Positions 1-10,697 of a stretch of 64,000 nt of DNA are shown here, in pieces. Within the stretch, counting starts at the first letter, position 1. Every line of letters begins with the position of its first letter. Source of the stretch: Candidatus Bathyarchaeota archaeon (GTDB lineage Archaea > Thermoproteota > Bathyarchaeia > Bathyarchaeales > Bathycorpusculaceae); NCBI GenBank assembly GCA_963811105.1, contig CAWEPZ010000011.1, positions 1,184,001 to 1,248,000 on the forward strand, read 5' to 3'. Below the pieces are notes generated by a model. That model saw only the letters and a program-made list of their open reading frames with translations. It did no database searches and was not told the DNA's origin. A program made the translations under genes and the position numbers.

Positions 1-632
1 CTCATTGAGTCTCTGCTTATGGCTGATTTTATTGACCTTGTGACGAGTTCTTTGGCTTCTTCCGCGGTCAATGTTTCTTTGTAGCCTTCTTCGATAACGC
101 CTATCGCTAATTCTGTTCCTGAACCTACAGCAGCGTACTTGTCAGGTATTAATGAGCCTAGAACGTCAAGCACATAAAGTGATGGACCTTCTTCATCTAG
201 ACCACCGACAATTGTCTGAGTGATTAATGGTGCGTACCTACGGTTAAACAGTACATTGGCCATTAGCTTAGCTGCTGAGCGCACATTAATTTGTCTACCG
301 ACATCCATACTATAGAGGTTTGCTTGAGCTTCCATTTCTTTAGCGAGAATCTGCATGTCTCCAATAAGACCCGCACAGGCAACGCCAATTCGGTCAGTTA
401 CTTTGAATACTTTTTTGCCGCCTTTGCTCATAACGAAATAACCATAAGTTACTCTTTTTTCAGCGGCTAATACTACTCCGTCTGAAAAGACAACGCCAAC
501 CGTGGTGGCACCTGGAATCCATGCATAGCCGCCTTGCTGAGCTTGCTGTTGCTGACCCTGTTGACTTTGAGGCATATCTGGCATCTGTGGAATTTGAGGT
601 AAATTAGGTAATTGTGGTCCATATCCTTCCAT
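1..632 (-). CDS. psmB: Proteasome beta subunit, probably non-catalytic type (3' end outside window)
   Basis: Manual translation from ATG 632: MEGYGPQLPNLPQIPQMPDMPQSQQGQQQQAQQGGYAWIPGATTVGVVFSDGVVLAAEKRVTYGYFVMSKGGKKVFKVTDRIGVACAGLIGDMQ...; Ntn-hydrolase beta-subunit pattern; not in the ORF track. Confidence 0.92.
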   Translation of the reverse strand, partial: MEGYGPQLPNLPQIPQMPDMPQSQQGQQQQAQQGGYAWIPGATTVGVVFSDGVVLAAEKRVTYGYFVMSKGGKKVFKVTDRIGVACAGLIGDMQILAKEMEAQANLYSMDVGRQINVRSAAKLMANVLFNRRYAPLITQTIVGGLDEEGPSLYVLDVLGSLIPDKYAAVGSGTELAIGVIEEGYKETLTAEEAKELVTRSIKSAISRDSM

Positions 633-920
633 AATTTTCGCCTTTTCCCGTTCCTATACACAAAACAAATTATTAAGCTTACTTATAACCAATTCTAGAT
701 AGAGATAATGGTAAGTTTCAAGTTACGCAAACTAAAATTCAAGGCTTTCTTCTTGCCCATATTTGATTTTCTAAATAACAGTCTTGGAAAAGGTTTAATG
801 AAAACTCAGGAAGAGTTGAAAATGCAAAGATATGTCTTTATGGAATTCAAGCTTTTACCCCAGAAACTTTTTAACATAACCAAAGGTCTCTAATATGAAA
901 ACAACTAAAAGGAAAAACAA

Positions 921-1505
921 ATGATAGAAATCTATACCCAAAACCTTGACGGTATTTGGTTTGGACTTGCCTGTTCTAAAAACCAAATTGCTGCAACATC
1001 CTTCGGTGCAAGCCAAATAGCGACATTAAGAAATATTTTGAGCAGTTTACCATTCGACGTTCCCTTTGAGGTTTTTCATGAACCATCAATTTTCGCAAAA
1101 ACGGCTCTTAGTTCATTGAAGAGTATTTATGAGGGACAAAGCGTTGAAGCAGAGTTCTCGTTAGCTTTAGCTCGCTTGCCGATCTATACACAAAAAGTGC
1201 TTAAAGCAACAAAGCAGGTTCCGCTTGGCTATGTGACTTCCTACGGGTCAGTCGCTGATGCGGTTGGTGGCGGTCCAAGAGCTGTTGGAAACATTATGGC
1301 ATCTAATCCCTTCGCTCCTATTGTTCCCTGCCACAGGGTTGTAAAATCCGATTTTACTCTTGGCGGATATGGTGGAGGCCTCAAAGTGAAGATTGAACTC
1401 TTGGGCAGAGAGAAAAGAGGTTTTTTGACCCCGAAAGAAATAGAAATAAACGGACGCCAACTTGAGGTTTTCCCAGTTGAGTACGTTCTAAGAAATCTGT
1501 CTTAA
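921..1505 (+). CDS. ogt: Methylated-DNA--protein-cysteine methyltransferase
   Basis: PCHRV active-site motif, RAVG helix, LGGYGGG. Confidence 0.93.
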   Translation: MIEIYTQNLDGIWFGLACSKNQIAATSFGASQIATLRNILSSLPFDVPFEVFHEPSIFAKTALSSLKSIYEGQSVEAEFSLALARLPIYTQKVLKATKQVPLGYVTSYGSVADAVGGGPRAVGNIMASNPFAPIVPCHRVVKSDFTLGGYGGGLKVKIELLGREKRGFLTPKEIEINGRQLEVFPVEYVLRNLS

Positions 1506-1575
1506 GGTTCAAATTCTTGAGCTAACGCAAATCATAAAAGCTTGCGAGCTTAACCTCAAAGACGAGGAAGACGCA

Positions 1576-2103
1576 TTGGTTAATCGAGGACTCTATGTTG
1601 GCCGATTCCAACCTTTTCATTTAGGTCATCTAGGCGCCATCAAGACAGCGCTAAAGGAAATTGATGAACTCGTCATAGTTATCGGCAGCGCCCAGTATAG
1701 CCATAAAATGAACAACCCATTCACAGCGGGCGAAAGATTAGTAATGATTCGCCATGCTTTAGTGGAGGCCAAACTGAATTCTTCTAGGTTGTGGATTGTT
1801 CCTGTTCCAGACGTCCATTTGCATATGCTTTGGGTCAGCGCACTTGAAGGATACACGCCGAAGTTCAATGTTGTTTTTTCTAACGAACCCTTGACACGCA
1901 GGCTTTTCATGGAGTCAGGTTATGAGGTCAAAAACATTGAATTCTATGATAGGAAAGTTTACATGTCAACCCTCATTAGAGAAAAAATGCTTCAAGGTAA
2001 CAGTTGGATGGAGTTTGTTCCTAAAAGCGTGGCTGATTTCATTAACGAAATTGATGGCGTAAACAGACTAAGAGATCTAGCGACAACAGATAGGATTTGT
2101 TAA
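1576..2103 (+). CDS. nadM: Nicotinamide-nucleotide adenylyltransferase
   Basis: GRFQPFHLGH motif, NPFTAGER. Confidence 0.93.
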   Translation: MVNRGLYVGRFQPFHLGHLGAIKTALKEIDELVIVIGSAQYSHKMNNPFTAGERLVMIRHALVEAKLNSSRLWIVPVPDVHLHMLWVSALEGYTPKFNVVFSNEPLTRRLFMESGYEVKNIEFYDRKVYMSTLIREKMLQGNSWMEFVPKSVADFINEIDGVNRLRDLATTDRIC

Positions 2104-2657
2104 ACGACTATTTTTTCTTTAGAAGCCTTATGATAAAATTGCCAAGCGATCAGATAAACAGCTATTAAAATCACCAATTGCGCAAAAACACTGAAAGGGT
2201 TAGCTACTAAATCAAAAAAGTTGGTGAGTGCGTGAAGCCCGATAGCAATTAAAAAGAAAGGTAAGGGGTTTTTCTTGGCTATGCCATAAGAGGTAATGGT
2301 TGCGCTCGAAGCATGAAAGATAATATGCGGTAAGCTTCCAATAATAGGTGCACCGGCAAGGAAAACATACTCGAAAAATTCTGCGATACCGAAACCTAAG
2401 CCTGTTAAAAGGCCTAATCTTACCAATGAAAGTTCAGTTTCGCCGTGCCTGTAGAACAGGGGGAAAACTTTCGCCATCTCTTCTACAAATGGGGCTACAA
2501 CTACTAATAATACAGCAAATGAAACTGGAATTAAATAATTAAAAAAAGCGGCAAACGGAATACTTACCAATATGCCGGATGCCAAAAAGAAGGCGTACTC
2601 TTTTAGGCTAGGTTTATGAAGTGGTATAACGCAGTATTTCTGTTTTTTATCTTCCAT
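2100..2657 (-). CDS. PrsW-family intramembrane metalloprotease
   Basis: APFVEEMAK, GLGFGIAE, HIIFH, LHALTN motifs; hydrophobic; ATG 2657 is the likely start. Confidence 0.8.
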   Translation of the reverse strand: MEDKKQKYCVIPLHKPSLKEYAFFLASGILVSIPFAAFFNYLIPVSFAVLLVVVAPFVEEMAKVFPLFYRHGETELSLVRLGLLTGLGFGIAEFFEYVFLAGAPIIGSLPHIIFHASSATITSYGIAKKNPLPFFLIAIGLHALTNFFDLVANPFSVFAQLVILIAVYLIAWQFYHKASKEKIVV

Positions 2658-2767
2658 AAAAAACACGTTTCCTAAAAATAGTGAATTTACCGCTTCCTTA
2701 TCAAGGTTATCACTGACCATATCGCTAAATACAAGTCTCTAATATTAAGCAAGCAAGGCATAAGAAA

Positions 2768-3232
2768 ATGAGCGCTCTTGTTATTCTTTTTTCTTATCAT
2801 CACAAGAACACCGAGAAAATAGCAAAAGTTATCGCTAGTAGTCTTGGTGCACAAATAAAAACCCCAGACCAAATTGACCCAAACAGTCTTACAAATTATG
2901 ACTTAGTCGGTTTCGGTTCCGGGATTTATTTTGGGAAACACCATAAAGTTCTTCTTGACTTTGTCGATAAGCTTGCCCAAAGTACTAACAAAAAAGGATT
3001 CATCTTCTCTACGAGCGGTCGAACAGGTGATGTTTCTCCTAAATTTCACAAACAGCTTAGAGAAAAACTTCAGTCCAAGGGGTTTGAAATTATTGGAGAG
3101 TTCAATTGTGGGGCTTTTGACACGTATGGACTAATGAAAATAGTCGGAGGCATAAATAAGGGAAGACCCAATGAAGATGACCTCAAGCAAGCTGACGCAT
3201 TCGCCAAAGGCTTAAAGAAAAATGTTTCTTAA
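2768..3232 (+). CDS. Flavodoxin family protein
   Basis: SYHHKNTEKIA, GFGSGIY, GRPNEDDL. Confidence 0.85.
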   Translation: MSALVILFSYHHKNTEKIAKVIASSLGAQIKTPDQIDPNSLTNYDLVGFGSGIYFGKHHKVLLDFVDKLAQSTNKKGFIFSTSGRTGDVSPKFHKQLREKLQSKGFEIIGEFNCGAFDTYGLMKIVGGINKGRPNEDDLKQADAFAKGLKKNVS

Positions 3233-3262
3233 GTCTAAAGCAACTGAAAAGTATCTGAAGTT

Positions 3263-4636
3263 TTAGAAGCCAGCCGTTATCGGTTCATCTGGCTTAATTA
3301 TTTCTCTTAGAAGCACTGTTGCGTAGCAACCCCTAAGCAACGTGAAACTTAATTGCACTTGGTTGTCTCCGCGGCTTGAATTGGTTAAAACCTTTTGTAG
3401 CTTAAATTCTCTGATAGGAGTAATAGCTGTTCGCAAGCCGCCCTTGCCTGCAACTCTTGTTAACTCGTTGATTCGCAAACTCTCCAATTTCACTTCTTCT
3501 TGCATAAGAACCTCTTCTTCAATTTGCCCCATAACCCCTTGTGAAAGCTTCTGCCTTATCCCAAAGATGGGAAGGGCGACACGCATTTTTCCCGTCCCGA
3601 TTTGTTCGTTAGTCTGACCCATGGTTTCTTTTGTTACTGTTTTTACCAAAGTGTTCAAGGGTAATCCTGAACGCTCAACAGCCACAACGTAATCTCCAAC
3701 TTCAGCTTTGCTCAAAGAGTAGCCATGCTTAATGCGTTCGCTTAGAAAACGGTTAAACAGGAAAGACTGATGTGCTTGAACAAAAAGCTGCCGAAGCTTC
3801 AAGGGCAACTGCTGGAAAGCGCCAATAAAATCAGTCTGATTATTAACCAAGTGATTCAGCATTAATCTTTCAAAACGAAGCTGACGAGGAAAAATTTCCA
3901 GAGCCTGCTTGAAATCCTTTGTTGATTTAAGTTCTTGACGTGCTTGACTTGACGATGGGTGTTCATGAATGCTGGATTTAGCTAGAAAAAGCATCGCTGC
4001 CTCCTCAAAATCGCCTTTTACAAGTGCCCTTCCCACCAAATGTGTAATTGGACGGGTTGTCCCGAAGCGCTGATGACCAAAAAAGTTTGGCATCCCTCCT
4101 AACGCTTCCAACTGCATCAATACTTCAGATATTCTTTTTTGAACAGTTGACTCCCTGTGTTTTATCGATTTGATTTTTATTGTAAAATTGTTGCCAAGCA
4201 AATAATAAGTTGACAGTGCTTCTCGAACATAGCCAACAGGGCTAAGTTCAATATCTTTAGCGTTAACTTTAGAAACATCCTCCATCAAACCACCCTCAAT
4301 CGTCAAGTATTGGGCGGTAACGGCTTTAGCATCTTTAATACCAGCAATCTGGACACATCCTTGATCTATTCCAAGCTGTTGTGCGATGTTTCTAACTGCT
4401 ATTAGTGTGTCCCAGTTCCGCTTAATCAAAATACAGAGCAAAAATTTCTGCCTTTTAAGAGAAGACCCTAAAACTCTTGCTGGAATAGCGCCTTCAAAGC
4501 ATGCTTTTGAGCCGTCAACAAGCACTTCTTCAACCCTGAAGTCATCAATTGCTTGACGTATGGCGCCGCCAACACCCAAACCCTTGGTAGCGTAAACTTC
4601 CATGCCAAGCTGTTTATCAAGCGATGAAACAGGCAC
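3263..4636 (-). CDS. truD: tRNA pseudouridine(13) synthase TruD
   Basis: AGIKDAKAVT catalytic motif, PNFFGHQRFG, GCYATVLLREI. Confidence 0.93.
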   Translation of the reverse strand: MPVSSLDKQLGMEVYATKGLGVGGAIRQAIDDFRVEEVLVDGSKACFEGAIPARVLGSSLKRQKFLLCILIKRNWDTLIAVRNIAQQLGIDQGCVQIAGIKDAKAVTAQYLTIEGGLMEDVSKVNAKDIELSPVGYVREALSTYYLLGNNFTIKIKSIKHRESTVQKRISEVLMQLEALGGMPNFFGHQRFGTTRPITHLVGRALVKGDFEEAAMLFLAKSSIHEHPSSSQARQELKSTKDFKQALEIFPRQLRFERLMLNHLVNNQTDFIGAFQQLPLKLRQLFVQAHQSFLFNRFLSERIKHGYSLSKAEVGDYVVAVERSGLPLNTLVKTVTKETMGQTNEQIGTGKMRVALPIFGIRQKLSQGVMGQIEEEVLMQEEVKLESLRINELTRVAGKGGLRTAITPIREFKLQKVLTNSSRGDNQVQLSFTLLRGCYATVLLREIIKPDEPITAGF

Positions 4637-4647
4637 TCTTAATCGCC

Positions 4648-5010
4648 TTACAACAACTTTAGCTTGCCAGTTAATCTATCAATCAATCCTGCTGGAGCAG
4701 GACCAATCCCCAAGCATGTAACAGTGCCTTCAGGAACTTGTGTCAAACCCCGATCAACAATCAAAGCGTGAGGCAACCCCAAATCGTCCGCAGCCTCTTC
4801 TAACGCGCTAAGCTCTTTCTCGTCAGCAACCTTAACTGCAATCTTGCGTTGACCCTCGTACATCCAAGCTTCCCACCATTTCTTATGCTGCTGATTGGCC
4901 GCCTGAGCGGCCGAAACAGCTGCGTGCCCCGCTTGAGCTGCAATTTTTCCTTTTCCCATCTGCAAATCAGTACGGAAAACGAGGACCTGCTTGTATTCAA
5001 ATTCACCCAT
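4648..5010 (-). CDS. pth2: Peptidyl-tRNA hydrolase Pth2
   Basis: MGKGKIAAQAGHA, DRGLTQ, GIGP, TGKLKLL. Confidence 0.95.
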   Translation of the reverse strand: MGEFEYKQVLVFRTDLQMGKGKIAAQAGHAAVSAAQAANQQHKKWWEAWMYEGQRKIAVKVADEKELSALEEAADDLGLPHALIVDRGLTQVPEGTVTCLGIGPAPAGLIDRLTGKLKLL

Positions 5011-5046
5011 TCATTGTTCCCGCCTATAGGTTGGCACTCGAAGACT

Positions 5047-6297
5047 TTAAGGGTTTGCGGACAAGTAAAGCAGAGCAAAGTACCCCATTGCCGCCAGCAT
5101 TGAAGGTTTCCCGAGAACTTTAAGCATAAGTTTTCCTTGAAAATCGATTTCATCCACATCACTTAATGCCTTGTCGACACCTAACTTACCGCAGAAACGC
5201 AGCAGATCATCAATTTTTTGGTCAGAGAGAGAATCAAGAAACCGCCTGAGCCTAAGCATAACAAGAAAATCAAAATGCAACTGGTCAGAACAACGCTTTT
5301 GGTATGCCCGCAAAAACCTAGCCGAAAAATCGTTCTTCTCTATCGCTAGCTTAGCGGTCTCTGCTGCGATTTTTGCGCATGTTAACCCGAAAATTACTCC
5401 CCCGCCAGTGGTTGGTTTAACTTGAGAAGCGCAGTCACCTATGGCAAGAAAACCGTTTGAAAATGATCTTTTGATTGGTCCACCCAACGTGATTGCGTGG
5501 TAACTGATTTGGGTTATTTTTGCTTTAGCAAGCTGCTTAGAGGCAACTGGATGCTTCTTTATGAGCGACTGCAGAAAGTCTCGAGGGTTTCCTCTGTTAG
5601 TCGCTAAACCAACTTTCGCTGTTCCATCTAGTTTTGGAATGAGCCATCCGTAAAAACCTGGAGCATAAGCTTTGCCGACATAAACCTCAACCGCGTCGCG
5701 CTCAATGTCTCGGACATTTTCTACTTCGGCTTCAACTGCATAAACGAGTCTTTTTGGTTTAAGCATCTCTAAACCTGCTTGATTAAGAAGCCGTGAAGAG
5801 ATGCCTTCCGCATCTAAGACAATTTTACAATTAACATGGTCTTCGGCTATGACGCTCGATTGGATATTTATTCCTTTGACAAAGCCATTGGCATTTATCA
5901 GCGAATGGACACGAGAGGACATAGCGAATTGTGCACCAGTCGTTTTAGCTTTATTAGCTAAATACTGGTCAAAACGCGCTCTGTTCAACGCAACTGTCAC
6001 CGGACGCGAAAGGTGAAGCGAAAACTTGGTTCCAGCGGGCGAATAGAAGTTTGCAATACTGAAAGTGTTTTCAATGATCCCGTTTGGAAGCGGATAAAAA
6101 CCTAGGTTTTTTAGGCTTCGAATACTGATGTGCCCAGCGCAGTGAGAAGGGTACCCAATCTGGGGGTGCTCTTCAAAAACTGAGACTTTAACGCCTAGTT
6201 TAGCTAAATTTAGCGCTGCACAAGAACCAACAGGTCCCCCTCCGACAATTACGACATCGGGAGAGCTGTCTGTTGGCCGCAGTATATTCGTAATCAT
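5047..6297 (-). CDS. Geranylgeranyl reductase-family FAD oxidoreductase
   Basis: GGGPVG FAD motif, YGWLIP, GDCASQVKPTTGGG. Confidence 0.85.
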   Translation of the reverse strand: MITNILRPTDSSPDVVIVGGGPVGSCAALNLAKLGVKVSVFEEHPQIGYPSHCAGHISIRSLKNLGFYPLPNGIIENTFSIANFYSPAGTKFSLHLSRPVTVALNRARFDQYLANKAKTTGAQFAMSSRVHSLINANGFVKGINIQSSVIAEDHVNCKIVLDAEGISSRLLNQAGLEMLKPKRLVYAVEAEVENVRDIERDAVEVYVGKAYAPGFYGWLIPKLDGTAKVGLATNRGNPRDFLQSLIKKHPVASKQLAKAKITQISYHAITLGGPIKRSFSNGFLAIGDCASQVKPTTGGGVIFGLTCAKIAAETAKLAIEKNDFSARFLRAYQKRCSDQLHFDFLVMLRLRRFLDSLSDQKIDDLLRFCGKLGVDKALSDVDEIDFQGKLMLKVLGKPSMLAAMGYFALLYLSANP

Positions 6298-6304
6298 CGT
6301 TACT

Positions 6305-6535
6305 TTACTGGACTAACTCAACTCGGCGTTTTCCACGTGCCATAGAAGAAGTACGGACTTTGCCGCTGACTTCGAGTTTTAGCAGTAAGTCGTTGAAGTC
6401 TTTATAACCTAAGTCTTCGAATTCACTTTTTATTTGATTAAACAGATCATCATCGGACATGTCGCCTTTTTTTTGGAGAATTTCCAATGCAACAAAGTAA
6501 GCGGGGCGTGTTTTCCAAACTTTCATCTGCGGCAT
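6305..6535 (-). CDS. Small winged-helix-like conserved protein downstream of cdc48
   Basis: ATG 6535 lies 11 nt after the cdc48 stop; LLKLEVSGKV wHTH-like segment. Confidence 0.65.
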   Translation of the reverse strand: MPQMKVWKTRPAYFVALEILQKKGDMSDDDLFNQIKSEFEDLGYKDFNDLLLKLEVSGKVRTSSMARGKRRVELVQ

Positions 6536-6546
6536 AAATGTTCCTT

Positions 6547-8754
6547 CTAAGCAACTGGTGTTTGTGGCTTTTGTACTTGTCGGATTTGCTGCATGAAACT
6601 CTTGTACCACTTCTCCATATCAGCCGATATCGATGGACCCATTTCTTTTAAGGCGTCCAGAAAGTCTTTCATAGTTACTTCCGAGGAGTTAACGTCCCGT
6701 CTTAATGCATGCATTGCGGCTTCTCTGCAGAGGGATTCTATGTCGGCGCCTGAATAGTACTTAGTCATAGATGTTATCTGGTTTAAGTCGATGTCTTTAC
6801 AAATTGGCATGCCGTTGGTGTAGATTTTGAGTATTTTTAAACGGCTCTTTTCATCTGGTTCAGGGACATAAATTAGTCTGTCGAATCTTCCGGGGCGTAG
6901 CACCGCGGGATCCACCATGTCAGGGCGGTTGGTTGCAGCGATAACTACGATGTCTTGTAATGTAGTTATTCCATCCATTTCTGTTAAGAGTTGGCTTATG
7001 ACTCGTTCTGAGACACCGCTATCAGACATACCCATACCACGTCTAGGCGTAAGCGAATCTATCTCATCTAAGAATATGACTGCAGGCGCTGCCATGCGGG
7101 CTTTGCGGAAAACCTCGCGTATTGCTTTTTCTGACTCTCCAACCCATTTAGAGAACACTTCAGGACCCTTAATAGATATGAAATTAGCTTCGCTTTCAGT
7201 TGCTACCGCTCGGGCTAGCATGGTTTTGCCACAACCTGGGGGACCATATAGCAGTATACCTTTTGGTGGTCTAATACCAAGTCTGGTAAAGATTTCAGGG
7301 TTCTTAATTGGCCACTCGACAGATTCTTTGAGATGCTCTTTTACGTCTTCAAGTCCACCAACGTCATCCCAATGAACAGTTGAAACTTCTATGTAGACTT
7401 CACGCATAGCGGTAGGTGTGACTTCTTTGTAAGCGCCAAGAAAATCGCTCATTAAAACCTCCATCTTCTCCAACACCGCTGGAGGAATGCGTTCTTCTTC
7501 AAGATTTATTTGAGGCAGGTATCTGCGTAGGGCTTTCATGGCTGTTTCTCTGCCCAGTGCCGATAAGTCTGCACCTGTGTAGCCATGGGTCATATCAGCA
7601 AGTTTTTTGAGGTCAACATCATCTGGGGACTTTTCTGTTGTTCCAGTTTTCTCAATTCCATGCAAAGGCATACCTCTAGTGTGGATTTGGAGAACTTCAT
7701 ATCGTCCTTTCTTGTCCGGTACGCCAATTTCTATTTCCCTGTCAAATCTTCCAGGTCTACGCAATGCAGGGTCAAGTGCTCCAGGGCGGTTAGTTGCGCC
7801 AATAACTATTACGTTTCCTCTTCCGCCTAACCCATCCATCAAGGCTAAGAGCTGCGCAACAACACGCCTTTCAACTTCGCCTGTAACTTCTTCCCGTTTA
7901 GGCGCTATCGCATCGAGTTCATCCACGAAAATAATGCTTGGTGCATTCTGCTGTGCCTGTTGGAAAATTTCACGTAAACGAGCTTCAGACTCACCATAAA
8001 ATTTGCTCATGATTTCCGGGCCATTAATAGAGTAAAAGTTGGCTTCAGATTCGTTGGCAACTGCCCTAGCTAGCAGAGTTTTGCCGCAGCCTGGTGGACC
8101 ATGAAGCAAGACACCTTTTGGAGGCTCAATTCCTAAGCGTTGGAATAATTCCGGGTGACGAAGAGGCAGCTCAACCATTTCGCGGACACGCTGAATTTCT
8201 TCATGTAAGCCCCCGATGTCTTCGTATGTGGTTCTTGGTAAGCCTTTGCCTTCTGGCGCTGGTTCGTTTAATATGGTTAAACGTGTTTCAGCTGTAACTT
8301 TTATGATTCCGTGAGGTCTGGTTTTTGAGACTGTGAAGGGTATGGCGTGTCCCAACATCATTACTAGGGTTGTGTCGCCTTCCACTAATGTACGTTCCAT
8401 TAAGCGGTTTTTAACAAAATTAGTGAAGTCTTCATCAACGTTTAGTCGCATATCTACTGGCGCAAGTGTTATGCTTAGGGCTGTTTTGACTTTTGCCGGT
8501 CGCACAACAACATACTCGTTTATGGCTACGCCTGTGTTTTTGCGAGTATAACCGTCGATACGAATGATATCTCGGTTTTGGTCTTCACTGTAAGCTGGCC
8601 AAGCAATGGCGGAAGTTGTACGTTTATTTATTATTTCTATTACGTCTCCAGCGCTTATGCCTAGTTTCTGCATTGTTCGTTGGTCTATGCGGGCGATTCC
8701 TCTGCCCACATCTCTTTGCCTTGCGTCTCCAACACGTAATTGAACTTCGCTCAT
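6547..8754 (-). CDS. cdc48: CDC48/VCP-family AAA+ ATPase
   Basis: N-domain plus two AAA modules with GPPGCGKT Walker A and RPGRFDR arginine fingers. Confidence 0.97.
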   Translation of the reverse strand: MSEVQLRVGDARQRDVGRGIARIDQRTMQKLGISAGDVIEIINKRTTSAIAWPAYSEDQNRDIIRIDGYTRKNTGVAINEYVVVRPAKVKTALSITLAPVDMRLNVDEDFTNFVKNRLMERTLVEGDTTLVMMLGHAIPFTVSKTRPHGIIKVTAETRLTILNEPAPEGKGLPRTTYEDIGGLHEEIQRVREMVELPLRHPELFQRLGIEPPKGVLLHGPPGCGKTLLARAVANESEANFYSINGPEIMSKFYGESEARLREIFQQAQQNAPSIIFVDELDAIAPKREEVTGEVERRVVAQLLALMDGLGGRGNVIVIGATNRPGALDPALRRPGRFDREIEIGVPDKKGRYEVLQIHTRGMPLHGIEKTGTTEKSPDDVDLKKLADMTHGYTGADLSALGRETAMKALRRYLPQINLEEERIPPAVLEKMEVLMSDFLGAYKEVTPTAMREVYIEVSTVHWDDVGGLEDVKEHLKESVEWPIKNPEIFTRLGIRPPKGILLYGPPGCGKTMLARAVATESEANFISIKGPEVFSKWVGESEKAIREVFRKARMAAPAVIFLDEIDSLTPRRGMGMSDSGVSERVISQLLTEMDGITTLQDIVVIAATNRPDMVDPAVLRPGRFDRLIYVPEPDEKSRLKILKIYTNGMPICKDIDLNQITSMTKYYSGADIESLCREAAMHALRRDVNSSEVTMKDFLDALKEMGPSISADMEKWYKSFMQQIRQVQKPQTPVA

Positions 8755-8904
8755 TCAGAATCCTCCAAATAATATGGTGCTAAAGGTTACGTTTGAAATG
8801 AACCTTTATTACTATATAAACTTTAGAGATCAATGATTAATATTTTCAGATGTTTGTGAGCAATAGGACTGATGGAGTCTTGTGTCTAAAAACAAGAATT
8901 AAAG

Positions 8905-9183
8905 CTAATCTCTGCTGCTTCTGCGGACAAACATGCATTGTGCTTGGCTGACGCCCGATATTTTTCCGAGTTTTTCCTCGAATTCATCAACAATACCACT
9001 TTTGTCTTCCGGGAACTTGAGTTGAACAAGAAGCGCAATTAATCCAAAAGCTATAGGTTCCTCACCATATCCCTCAATCGAAGCGAATTCGGGCTTAATG
9101 TTGTCAATTTGTTTCTTGAGGGCATCAAAGTTTTCCACAATGTCTTCTGGGAAAACCTTGTATGTTACAATAACGCTTCCCAT
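8905..9183 (-). CDS. ef1b: Translation elongation factor 1-beta
   Basis: EEPIAFGLIAL motif; conserved pairing with the upstream Zn-ribbon gene. Confidence 0.88.
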   Translation of the reverse strand: MGSVIVTYKVFPEDIVENFDALKKQIDNIKPEFASIEGYGEEPIAFGLIALLVQLKFPEDKSGIVDEFEEKLGKISGVSQAQCMFVRRSSRD

Positions 9184-9194
9184 GTCCTATCGCC

Positions 9195-9383
9195 TTATGG
9201 TCCTGTAAATCCGCATTTTGGACATTTGTACAAACGGCCGAATTTGCGGCATTTTCCATCTCTTTTAATTTGGATGTCGCCGCAGTTTGGGCATAGGAAT
9301 TTTGTAGATTCGCTGCCAGGTGGGATTGGCTTGCCGCAGCTTGTACATGTAACCATGGATAGTGATGTTGCTCTTTCTGACAT
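9195..9383 (-). CDS. Zn-ribbon protein (DUF1610/HVO_2753-like)
   Basis: CTSC...FLCPNCG...YKCPKCGFTGP. Confidence 0.88.
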   Translation of the reverse strand: MSERATSLSMVTCTSCGKPIPPGSESTKFLCPNCGDIQIKRDGKCRKFGRLYKCPKCGFTGP

Positions 9384-9650
9384 AACTTACATCTCTTGCC
9401 GTTTTAATTGTGAGTCCTCCTTATATCTGCTATGCTTGCTAACTTGTCATAATCTTTGTTTAACATAGCGTTAAACGCGTTTACGACAGACGCAAAACAT
9501 GTGGCTAATCAACCATTCAAACAAGTTTTTGGTGTAGACATTGATAGGGGCATAGACCTGATTTATTGAAAAGAAACTTATTTTTCTTATGAAAAAAGTA
9601 TTCGCAAGTTTATTAAGAAGGTTTCTTGCCTACTTATTTCGTGGTAAGTT

Positions 9651-10685
9651 TTGGGCGTAGACTTTAAGGATCTCGTTCCGAAAATCCCTGTTAAGTTAGA
9701 GGATTTAGGCGGCAAAATCATAGCCATAGACGCTTACAACGCGATTTATCAGTTCCTCTCCATCATCCGTCAGCCTGATGGCACTCCGCTGAAAGATAGC
9801 ACAGGAAAAATCACGTCTCACCTGAGCGGCTTATTGTACCGCACTAGTAATCTTGTTGAAATGGGGATAAAACCAATCTATGTTTTTGACGGCATTCCTC
9901 CTACCTTGAAAGCGGTTGAGATCGAACGGCGCAGGCAAGTCAAAGTTCAAGCGATAGCAAGCTATGAAAAAGCTGCAGTGCAAGGCGATACAAATAAGAT
10001 GCGGATGTTTGCTCAGGCATCAACCAGCATGAAAGACTATATGCAAGAAGATAGCCGAAATCTATTGGAGCTTATGGGTTTGCCTTGGATTCAAGCGCCA
10101 AGCGAAGGCGAAGCTCAAGCAGCGCATATGACTAAACGGGGTGACTCGGACTATTGTGCTAGCCAAGATTATGACAGCATACTTTTTGGAGCACCCAAAC
10201 TACTCAGAAACGTGACTATTTCAGGCAGGCGTAAGCTTCCCAGCAAAGGCATCTACATTGACGTTGTTCCTGAAGTAATTGAGCTTTCAAAAGCGCTAGA
10301 TCAGACTGGCCTAACTTACGAACAGTTAATCGATGTGGGCATTTTAATCGGCACAGACTTCAATCCAGACGGAATAAAAGGGCTGGGGCCAAAAACCGCT
10401 TTAAAACTCATCAAGCAATACGGCAGTTTGGAGAATGCCCTTCCAAGCATAAAAAACGCTAGTTTTCCTGTTGAACCAAACTGTATTCGAGAAGTTTTTT
10501 TGCATCCTGAAGTTACAAATAAATATAAGCTTGAATGGAAAGAGCCGAACCTTGAAGGCATCATAGACTTCATGTGCAGACAAAAAGAGTTCTCTGAAGA
10601 CAGGGTTAGAAAATCAGTGGAAAAAATGCTTGAAGGCAGCAGAAAACAAAAGGGAAAGATGACACTGGAAAAATGGTTTGGCTAA
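9651..10685 (+). CDS. fen: Flap endonuclease 1
   Basis: AIDAYNAIYQFL, APSEGEAQAA, SQDYDSILFG, GTDFN, C-terminal PIP-like TLEKWF. Confidence 0.97.
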   Translation: MGVDFKDLVPKIPVKLEDLGGKIIAIDAYNAIYQFLSIIRQPDGTPLKDSTGKITSHLSGLLYRTSNLVEMGIKPIYVFDGIPPTLKAVEIERRRQVKVQAIASYEKAAVQGDTNKMRMFAQASTSMKDYMQEDSRNLLELMGLPWIQAPSEGEAQAAHMTKRGDSDYCASQDYDSILFGAPKLLRNVTISGRRKLPSKGIYIDVVPEVIELSKALDQTGLTYEQLIDVGILIGTDFNPDGIKGLGPKTALKLIKQYGSLENALPSIKNASFPVEPNCIREVFLHPEVTNKYKLEWKEPNLEGIIDFMCRQKEFSEDRVRKSVEKMLEGSRKQKGKMTLEKWFG

Positions 10686-10697
10686 AAAAGAGAAAGG

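Noticed and set aside
473-893. Track ORFs 473-661 and 708-893
   Set aside because: The first is an off-frame shadow of psmB; the second lies in an AT-rich divergent promoter region with no recognisable motif
6917-8551. Long antisense ORFs within cdc48 and other core genes
   Set aside because: Typical codon-bias shadows with no SD or domain signal
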